Source: an uncultured Bacilli bacterium
Lineage (GTDB): Bacteria > Bacillota_I > Bacilli_A > RF39 > UBA660
Assembly: GCA_934086395.1 (NCBI GenBank)
Contig: CAKOIE010000003.1
Coordinates: forward strand, 1,163-65,162
Reading direction: 5' to 3'
DNA length: 64,000 nt
Below, one piece after another: positions 56,661-64,000 of this stretch. Under the pieces are notes generated by a model. That model searched no databases. It worked only from the letters and a program-made list of their open reading frames with translations, and was not told the origin of the DNA. Made by a program: the position numbers and the translations under genes. How positions within the stretch are numbered: the first letter of the stretch is position 1; each line of letters begins with the position of its first letter.

Positions 56661-57275
56661 TTAACTGTTATTATCTAATTCAAATATTGGATATGCATTA
56701 TATCCTTCATATTCATAACTAGAATCTATTTCCTTCATAAAAACCTGTCTATCATTAATTTTAACAGTTAAGGCATTTTGAAGTAATAATCTAATTTCTA
56801 AATCTTTAACTGAGCTTCTTTCCATAGCAAGTAAATAATCTTCTTTATTAACCTTGCTCCAATCAATTACTTTATTTAACTTTTTTCTTAATATTAAATC
56901 TAACCAGATACGAGTACTTCTGCCATTTCCTTCTCTAAATGGATGAGCTATATTCATTTCTACATATTTTTTTATAATATTTTCAAAAGTATCTTGAGGC
57001 ATATTATCTATTTTATGTAAAATATCTTCTAAATACATACAAGATGCAAACCTAAAATTTCCTTTAGCAATATTTTCTTTTCTTATTTTACCAGCAAATG
57101 AATATATATCATCAAATAAATATTTATGAATACAAGCTAATCCTTTAAATGTTCCTATTTCAAATTCATCTCTTTTATTCGTGTCAAATAATTCTAATGC
57201 TTTTAGTTTAGAAATTCTTTCTTCTTCATGAGCAAGATCTACTAAATTTATAATTCCTAATTTATTTTCTAACAT
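56661..57275 (-). CDS. Fic family protein, class III (C-terminal inhibitory motif)
   Basis: Fic motif HPFREGNGRSTR. The C-terminal SYEYEG fits (S/T)xxxE(G/N). Confidence 0.8.
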   Translation of the reverse strand: MLENKLGIINLVDLAHEEERISKLKALELFDTNKRDEFEIGTFKGLACIHKYLFDDIYSFAGKIRKENIAKGNFRFASCMYLEDILHKIDNMPQDTFENIIKKYVEMNIAHPFREGNGRSTRIWLDLILRKKLNKVIDWSKVNKEDYLLAMERSSVKDLEIRLLLQNALTVKINDRQVFMKEIDSSYEYEGYNAYPIFELDNNS

Positions 57276-57351
57276 TATATACCTCCAATGTTATATAAAA
57301 AATATCGTCTTAAAGTACTGTTTAACATATTTAAAACAACTCATTATCTAC

Positions 57352-58221
57352 TTACTTTTTTACTAAAACCTTTTTAAATTCATTTTTCTTTTCAATTTTA
57401 TTATTAATAAAGGAATAATGTACGACCACTATGTTATCATCAAATATTTCAGCAGTTAAAAATCCAGGTCTAGTAGCATTTTTATCAAGTTCTGCATTTG
57501 ATAAATTTATAACTGGATCATCACACATAGCCGGAATAAATATTCTTTCTCCCTTGTCGCCAGTTTTTACTTTTATATGATAATAATGTGAATGTCCTTT
57601 AAAACACAAACATTCAATAGTATAAGGAAGTCTTAATTTATATGAATCTATAGTATGTTGTAAACTAATTATATTTCCATCCCAATTTATAAATGATTTT
57701 TTTAAATCTAAAATATTTATATCGTCTCTTGATGATATAATTTCTCTTACAAATGGATGCTTATTTATTGCTCTATAATCATGGTTTCCAAGTAATGCAT
57801 ATGTTTTAATATTTTCATCAAAAGGATATTCATTAATAAAATATTCTGCCTGTTGTAGAACATTTAAATCATTTCTTGGCTTAACATCTCCTTCAATAAT
57901 ATCTCCACCATTTAAAATAACATTAAACCCATTTGCAATAGCAAAATCAAACATACCATATGTATAATTCATATTTTCATAAATTGAACAATAATGTGCA
58001 TCACTATTAATTAATATTTTTTTATTACTAATACTTGTTTTACATAAAAGTTTATTTACTTCTTTATCATATTCACCAGTAGAATATAAAATACTTAATA
58101 AAATATTATTTTCTAAATAATTAAACTTTTCCTTTAAATAATCAAAATCATGGTACTTTTCATAGCAATTACATATTTGTCTCTTTAAATCTTTATTTAT
58201 GTCTTTTAAACTTTTTATCAT
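57352..58221 (-). CDS. metallophosphoesterase family protein
   Basis: Motifs NSDAHY, GGDIIEG, LLGNHD and KGHSHYYH. Confidence 0.7.
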   Translation of the reverse strand: MIKSLKDINKDLKRQICNCYEKYHDFDYLKEKFNYLENNILLSILYSTGEYDKEVNKLLCKTSISNKKILINSDAHYCSIYENMNYTYGMFDFAIANGFNVILNGGDIIEGDVKPRNDLNVLQQAEYFINEYPFDENIKTYALLGNHDYRAINKHPFVREIISSRDDINILDLKKSFINWDGNIISLQHTIDSYKLRLPYTIECLCFKGHSHYYHIKVKTGDKGERIFIPAMCDDPVINLSNAELDKNATRPGFLTAEIFDDNIVVVHYSFINNKIEKKNEFKKVLVKK

Positions 58222-58294
58222 GATATATAACTTCTTTCTTAGAATTTATAATAACAAATAATAACAGGTATAATCAAGCAAAAAAATTTTTAAA

Positions 58295-58786
58295 TTAAGA
58301 TTCAAAATCAATAAATTTTTTATATTTCTTTCCACAATTATTGCAAGTAAGTGATATAGTTATCCAAGTAAATGCATTAGATATATCTTTAAATCCAAGT
58401 TCTTTTAATTCTTCTTTATCAGGATATTCATATTTTATAGATATAGAAAAATTATTATCCTTACAACGACTACAATTAAAAGGTTTACCTTTAATATTAT
58501 TTTTATTAATTGTTCTTAAAGTATTATCATCTTCACAATTAGCATCATAACCATCAAAGTGACTATTAAATATTTTAATTAAGCGACCACACTTTAAACA
58601 TTTTGCAGTTAAAGATATTGAATCATTATCTTCGCTTAAATATGTGCCAAGAATAATATTCTTTTCAATCTCACCATTATAATAAATATTAAATTCATTT
58701 GTTTCACAACAATTAACTCTTCCTGAAGTAATATCATTTTTAATGTAATCAATTTTAAAAAAAGGTTTTATTTTAGCTGGTATCAT
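58295..58786 (-). CDS. Cys-rich (zinc-ribbon-like) hypothetical protein
   Basis: CxxC pairs CLKCGR, CSRCKD and CNNCGK. It has a 4-nt overlap with the upstream gene. Confidence 0.5.
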   Translation of the reverse strand: MIPAKIKPFFKIDYIKNDITSGRVNCCETNEFNIYYNGEIEKNIILGTYLSEDNDSISLTAKCLKCGRLIKIFNSHFDGYDANCEDDNTLRTINKNNIKGKPFNCSRCKDNNFSISIKYEYPDKEELKELGFKDISNAFTWITISLTCNNCGKKYKKFIDFES

Positions 58787-60210
58787 TTTAATTTCTCCTT
58801 TAATTCATTTTTATTTATTATAATCTTTTTATCACAGTTTTTATTATAAATATTAAAAGCCGCAATAATCATTATTGGAACTGTTGCTGGTATAAAATAT
58901 CTTGGAGATACTTCTACTAATAAATGAGATAATATTAGTCCTATTTCTAATATCATCATAAATAATATATCATCTATATTTTTGTTTTTTCTTAAGAATG
59001 TATAAATATTTGATAAAAGTAAAATAAACCAAAAAATATATAATATAATTCTTATTATACTTTTATTTATATATGTACCAATTGTATTTTCATAAGTATA
59101 AAATGATAAATTAGATGTTAGTATTGAATATTTTTTAGCATATAATTTTATTATTTTTAAAATATTATAACTTTTATAGTTTTCTATTGCTTTATTTTTA
59201 AAATATTTATGTATGTCTGATGGATTAAAGTTATCGCTAACCATTAATTCATTATATTCATCTGATGAAAACCATGCACCATTACTTTCAAAATTTGATC
59301 CAAGATACAAAGTCCAACCACTACTACTATCTATTTTATATTTTGTTTTGTTACTTACTATTTTTGTATATGAATTATTAATACCTATAAAGCATAATAG
59401 TATTAAAATAAAACTAATTAATTTATTTTTATAATTAGATTTAAGAAAAATAATTAAATATAAATAGTATAAAAATAACGCTATTACTAATATTATAAAT
59501 ATTGGTCTAAATGAATTACTTATACCTAAATTTATTCCTAATAAGATACTTAGTAAAATAATATTTATAATTTTATTTTGTTTTATTAAACATGCAAATA
59601 TATATAACGAAACAATAAAACATAAGTTAACTACAGTAATTGGTAACGCTTTCATACACCATAATATTTGAAATGGATTTAATAACCAAATTATCATTAA
59701 TAATATGCCGAATTCTTTATTTTTAATTTTTTTACCAAATAGATAGGCAAAGTAAGATGCAGTTATGTCCATTATTATGTTTAACATTACTACATTAATA
59801 AATTTAGTAGTAAAAATTTTCATAATGTTTCCTAGTAAAAATATATAAGAATATAAATATGGGAACATTGCTATATATCTGTTATTTAAAGGATGATGTA
59901 AACTTAAATTTATAGCATTACTATAAAATGTTGCTTCATCGCTAAATACTTCTCCATAATTAAACAATAACAATAAAATTCTTAGAATTATACCTATAGA
60001 TATTAAAAATATTATCGATTTTTTATTTTTTAAAATATGCTTTATAATTGAATACTTTTTTTCTATAAAGAATAAGAAAGTTATAAGTAGTAATGATATT
60101 ATAAATAATGGTAAATCATTTTTTAATCCACTTAATATCCCTACTATTAAAATTAAAAACATTAGTATTAAATATATATTTTTTATTATATTTGTTATTA
60201 TTTTTTTCAT
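58783..60210 (-). CDS. GT-C fold (family 39/83-like) membrane glycosyltransferase
   Basis: About 12 TM helices. The first loop reads GEVFSDEATFYSNA (DE motif). The likely start is the ATG at 60208-60210, after AGAGG; the track gives a GTG at 60216. Confidence 0.6.
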   Translation of the reverse strand: MKKIITNIIKNIYLILMFLILIVGILSGLKNDLPLFIISLLLITFLFFIEKKYSIIKHILKNKKSIIFLISIGIILRILLLLFNYGEVFSDEATFYSNAINLSLHHPLNNRYIAMFPYLYSYIFLLGNIMKIFTTKFINVVMLNIIMDITASYFAYLFGKKIKNKEFGILLMIIWLLNPFQILWCMKALPITVVNLCFIVSLYIFACLIKQNKIINIILLSILLGINLGISNSFRPIFIILVIALFLYYLYLIIFLKSNYKNKLISFILILLCFIGINNSYTKIVSNKTKYKIDSSSGWTLYLGSNFESNGAWFSSDEYNELMVSDNFNPSDIHKYFKNKAIENYKSYNILKIIKLYAKKYSILTSNLSFYTYENTIGTYINKSIIRIILYIFWFILLLSNIYTFLRKNKNIDDILFMMILEIGLILSHLLVEVSPRYFIPATVPIMIIAAFNIYNKNCDKKIIINKNELKEKLK

Positions 60211-60400
60211 ACACACCTCTTAGCATAGATAATAAATTTATATTATTTTTTTACTTTCTATAATATTAAAAAAAATAGGGTTCTATCCAAAAATAGACCC
60301 CCCCTGCAAAAATAATTTAACATTTTTCCTTACATATTCATACTATCATAAATATTTGCATGCGTAAACTACTAAATCAAATCTTGCTATTTTAATTATT

Positions 60401-60538
60401 TCACCTAATTTTTTTATATTTAATTCGCCTCTCTTCCTCTCTATTACTCTTACTAGATATTTTTAATGCACAAAATAAAAAAAGTGATAGTCCTAAAACT
60501 AACACTATAAATACTAACCATTTCCAAAATGGCATCAT
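60401..60538 (-). CDS. small membrane peptide (45 aa)
   Basis: GAGGTGAT RBS. The peptide is MMPFWKWLVFIVLVLGLSLFLFCALKISSKSNREEERRIKYKKIR. It is below the ORF-track size cut-off. Confidence 0.35.
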   Translation of the reverse strand: MMPFWKWLVFIVLVLGLSLFLFCALKISSKSNREEERRIKYKKIR

Positions 60539-60593
60539 ATCACCTCATTTCCAAAATAAAAAAGAATAGAAATTCTATTAGAAAATCTATTCT

Positions 60594-60949
60594 TTATTTA
60601 ACTTTATTAGCAAGTTTTATAACTGCTTTAGTATATTTCATAAGTTCTTTTTTATTTTTGAATCCACAAGTCATTGCATAATAATCAGTATAACTATCAT
60701 CTTCTTTTACTAACTTTAATTGTAAAGATTTATTTATATTATAATTCTCTTTAGCTGATAAGTTAGATAGTTTAGAATAGTCTTTAACTGTTATATTATA
60801 AAGTGGATCATTACTTTTAAATTTATCATATATTTCATTTGATATTATACAATTATCAAAATGATTAGTATAACAATTAGAAGAATACTTGAAATAATGA
60901 TAATTTGTTTTTTAGATAGTTTCTTTATCTTTAATTTTGTCTTTTTCAC
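60594..60949 (-). pseudogene. small exported protein apparently split by a frameshift
   Basis: GAGGGA plus 8 nt precedes a GTG at 60947-60949, giving VKKTKLKIKKLSKKQIIIISSILLIVILIILIIV*. A second frame stays open for ~100 codons to the stop at 60594-60596 (..NHFDNCIISNEIYDKF...AVIKLANKVK) without a start codon. Confidence 0.4.
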
Positions 60950-61007
60950 ATTACCATCCCTCAATTTTTATATTAAAAAGGAGTTAGAGAAAACTCTAAC
61001 TCACAGT

Positions 61008-64000
61008 TTAATTTGTATGTTTTCTTCTATAAAAGATTCCAGCTCCAGCAAGTCCTACGATTGATAAGATTCCACTTATTAAATAGAATCCAATATTATC
61101 TCCAGTTTGTGGATTGTCAGTAGGCACTATAACTTTTGCTACATTAAATGTTGTAATTGCTTCTCCACCATCATTGAATAATACTTTTAAAGTATGTTCT
61201 CCAACTGATAATGTATCAACAAATTCTTTCTTTAATGTAATTATTGTGCTTCCACTTTCTGCTGTATAATTTTTAGGATCAACTAATTCATTATCAACAT
61301 ATACCTTACCATCATCAAATAATCTAAAGTCAGCATTTATTTTAAATTTAGCTTCATTATTTTTAGTAATTGTATATTTTTGATTAGCTCCTTCAGTTAC
61401 TTCATAAACTATTTTTTCAACTACAACTTCTAAATTGATATTAGATGTTATATTTGTAAGTTTTAAAGTATCTCCAACCATATCAGCAGTTTTATCAGTT
61501 CCATCAACTAGAACTTTAACTAACTTATATCCACTATTAGCAGTTATAGTAAATTCTTGTGTCTCACCGTAACTTACTGCAACAGCACCGTTTGGAGTAA
61601 TGGTAGCACCATCTACATCTTTAACAGTTACAGTAAATGGTATTTTTTTATAACTTACTTTAACATCTTTTTCTTCGTTTACTGTAAGTTCTATTTTATT
61701 ACCAATTACAGTAGTTTCTACTGTATTTACTAATACTTTATCAATCATATATCCAGTATCTGGTGTAAATGTTATTTCAACTTTAGTTCCTTCAACAACA
61801 CCTATTTTACTTGGTGTAATTGTTCCGTTTCCACCAGGAACTGATGTTATTACATTAAACTTATCTTTAACATTAACTTCAATATCAATATCAGTTATTG
61901 TTTTATAATTTGTAGTATCAGCTGGAGTATATGTAGCTTTATAAGTATGTGTTCCAACTGTTAATACTGTACTTGCATCATTCCAAGTAAATCTATCAGG
62001 AAGAAGAATATCATTTAATGTATCTCCTTTTAAACCAGTAAGACCAGTTGGTACTGTATAATCTGGTGTTGCTTGAGTGATAGACCAATTTAAAACTAAA
62101 TCTGTAGTTGTACCATCTTTCCACTCATAATTATCTTTATCTTTTAAGGATACTGTAATGCTATAATTTCCAACATTAGTAGCCTTAATATCGCCAGAAA
62201 AATTCATCTTATTTGGATCAAAATTACTTTCTTCTGAAACTATTTCATCACCTGTATATTCAAAAGTATCTTTAACTAAAGTTAATTTATCAAGTTGAGC
62301 TTTTTTAATAGTGAATGCTACACTAAATGTTCCAGTGTAATTTGCATTAGTATCAGGAACTTTATATGTTACTGTATAAGTACCGGCATTTGTAGGTGCT
62401 GTAGCACTACTATAAGATGTAGAACCAGTTCCTTCATATAATACTTCTAGATCACTAACATTTACTGTTCCAACATTAACACTAATTGTTCCTGTTGGCT
62501 TTTTAGGATTTCCATCATAAGTAAATGTTTCATTATTAGAAAGTCCTGAAATATTTACATCAGTTTTATTTACAACATGAACTGTAAAGTCTTTTGTTGT
62601 TTCTTTCCATTCAGGAGTATTATCGCCACCAAGATCCATTTTTGCTGCTGTAACAGTCATTACAACATCTCCTTCAGTAGCTCCTGCTACATATTCATCA
62701 TTTGTAGCATCATATGTAAGTGCTGTTCCTGATTTGATAGTAAAATCAATGTTTCCTACATTTCCAGTTACTGATTGTTCTAAATAACCTTTTGATATAG
62801 AACCATTAACTTTTACATATTGATCTGCGATTGCTAAAGGTTGATCTGCACTTGTTACTTCAAGCACACCATTTACATGTGTTCCAAATGTATAGTTACC
62901 AGTAATATCTTCACCATTTCTCATTACTTTAACATTACTTACAGTATTATTTGAAGTACCTACAAATTTTTGGCTACCAGTAATTGTAGCTTCTAACATA
63001 TCACCAGATAGTAATACACCATCAGTATATGTATAATTATTTTTTGTTAATTCAGTACCATTATATACCTTAGTATCTGAACCAGCTGTTACAACTATTG
63101 GTGTTGTAATTGGGTTTACTGTTAATTTACCAGCAGCCTTTACTTTATTAGAGTAACAATTAGTTACATCAACACCTTCTGCATTTGTTATTGTAATTTT
63201 TCCTATTGTATTATTTTCAAGAGCTGTATCTTTAACATCTCTTACTTTACCAGTAATTTCTGCAGTAACTTTATCACCATTAGGTAATTTATTATCAGTT
63301 ACTGGGCTAGCATTATTTGCCCATAATACATCATAAGCATTTTTTGTATGTTCTGTTCCATCATAAGTAAATGTATCATCATAGCTTTTTACTTTTACTT
63401 CTGTAGTAATTGGTTTAATTTCAAAATCAACATTACTTTCACTTTCAATATAGTTTGCGCTTGTGATTTTTACATTTACTTTATATTTACCTACTAATAT
63501 AGGTAATGTCTTTCCTATATTTTCATAATTTCCAGAAGTTGTTTCTTTTGAATAATAAACTTCATATTCATTACTTTCTAAAGATTCTAATCCTGTTATA
63601 CTTAAAGTTGGATTACTATTATATATCCAATTGCTTGGATAATGAATTGTTACTCCCTCATAATTTTTCTTTTCAACTTTTAATGTAACTGTTGCTGTAT
63701 ATGTTTTACTATTTTCATCTGTTACAGTAATTGTAGCTGTGTAAATTCCAACAGGAAGTCCTTCTTTTGCCTTAATTTTATAATCTCTGTTTGTTGCACC
63801 AACGCTAATTATTGGTGATGAACTAGGACCTTCAACAATAAAATTAGAACTATTTACTGTTACATTTTTAATTTGTAAATCATTATCACTTATATTTTTA
63901 ATTGGTATACCAGTAAGACTAGGTGTTTGCTTATAAGTTTCATTTATTGCTACATTATTTATTTCAAAGCCATTAACTTTTTTTATAATAATGTAAGGAT
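61008..64000 (-). CDS. giant MBG/Ig-like-repeat cell-wall-anchored adhesin (5' end outside the window) with an NPQTG sorting signal
   Basis: I checked codon by codon that the frame has no stop from 62999 to 64000. It has repeated ..KVYDGT/YTG..LV.GD-type MBG units. The C-terminus is NPQTGD plus a hydrophobic helix plus RRKHTN. Confidence 0.85.
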   Translation of the reverse strand, partial: PYIIIKKVNGFEINNVAINETYKQTPSLTGIPIKNISDNDLQIKNVTVNSSNFIVEGPSSSPIISVGATNRDYKIKAKEGLPVGIYTATITVTDENSKTYTATVTLKVEKKNYEGVTIHYPSNWIYNSNPTLSITGLESLESNEYEVYYSKETTSGNYENIGKTLPILVGKYKVNVKITSANYIESESNVDFEIKPITTEVKVKSYDDTFTYDGTEHTKNAYDVLWANNASPVTDNKLPNGDKVTAEITGKVRDVKDTALENNTIGKITITNAEGVDVTNCYSNKVKAAGKLTVNPITTPIVVTAGSDTKVYNGTELTKNNYTYTDGVLLSGDMLEATITGSQKFVGTSNNTVSNVKVMRNGEDITGNYTFGTHVNGVLEVTSADQPLAIADQYVKVNGSISKGYLEQSVTGNVGNIDFTIKSGTALTYDATNDEYVAGATEGDVVMTVTAAKMDLGGDNTPEWKETTKDFTVHVVNKTDVNISGLSNNETFTYDGNPKKPTGTISVNVGTVNVSDLEVLYEGTGSTSYSSATAPTNAGTYTVTYKVPDTNANYTGTFSVAFTIKKAQLDKLTLVKDTFEYTGDEIVSEESNFDPNKMNFSGDIKATNVGNYSITVSLKDKDNYEWKDGTTTDLVLNWSITQATPDYTVPTGLTGLKGDTLNDILLPDRFTWNDASTVLTVGTHTYKATYTPADTTNYKTITDIDIEVNVKDKFNVITSVPGGNGTITPSKIGVVEGTKVEITFTPDTGYMIDKVLVNTVETTVIGNKIELTVNEEKDVKVSYKKIPFTVTVKDVDGATITPNGAVAVSYGETQEFTITANSGYKLVKVLVDGTDKTADMVGDTLKLTNITSNINLEVVVEKIVYEVTEGANQKYTITKNNEAKFKINADFRLFDDGKVYVDNELVDPKNYTAESGSTIITLKKEFVDTLSVGEHTLKVLFNDGGEAITTFNVAKVIVPTDNPQTGDNIGFYLISGILSIVGLAGAGIFYRRKHTN

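Noticed and set aside
1-64000. A DGR template repeat, reverse transcriptase, integrase, transposase or prophage genes that would explain the accessory stretches.
   Set aside because: I found no second copy of the 30891-30998 patch (no other GGCCGG or similar GC-rich segment). No ORF has RT (YxDD), tyrosine/serine recombinase or DDE transposase features. The islands therefore cannot be called mobile elements from this window.

Overview
This is a 64-kb chromosomal segment from a very AT-rich Bacillota genome (Clostridia/Erysipelotrichia-like). It appears to be a spore former, since SpoIIP and SpoVK-like genes are present. It uses the standard genetic code, and almost all genes lie on the minus strand. 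Housekeeping blocks are clearly recognisable: scpA-scpB, ftsK, miaA-mutL, yqeG-yqeH, rimM-trmD, der, greA, a yrrM/yrrN/yrrO-like tRNA-modification operon, an FtsW/RodA gene and tRNA-Leu(CAA). Accessory material sits between these blocks. (1) Four copies, in two tandem pairs, of an unannotated type I toxin-antitoxin-like module, plus one decayed copy. Each has a 25-30 codon hydrophobic peptide, 5'-3' mRNA closure and a convergent antisense promoter. (2) A type III ToxN/AbiQ-like toxin preceded by 2.2 tandem 50-nt RNA repeats, and nearby a deleted sister locus that keeps only the promoter, one repeat and a toxin 3' stump. (3) A family of three secreted proteins with camelysin/TasA (SipW-type) signal peptides and DUF1566/DUF6273-like C-termini. 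Two of their promoters carry a G7 tract in the -35/-10 spacer. One gene is split at an A6 tract. One carries a 108-nt GC-rich, adenine-depleted 3' patch that looks like a diversity-generating-retroelement variable region; no RT or template repeat is in the window. (4) A tandem array of four paralogous membrane/coiled-coil genes with conserved ends and a variable transmembrane core. (5) A vWA/XpaC/TelA/AAA+ stress-type cluster with a 136-bp gene-end duplication. (6) A Cys-rich 1098-aa secreted protein operon. (7) A sortase B operon near a giant MBG-repeat adhesin ending in NPQTG, plus a class III Fic protein. No rRNA, CRISPR array, integrase or transposase was seen. All calls come from reading the sequence and ORF translations by eye, with no database search.
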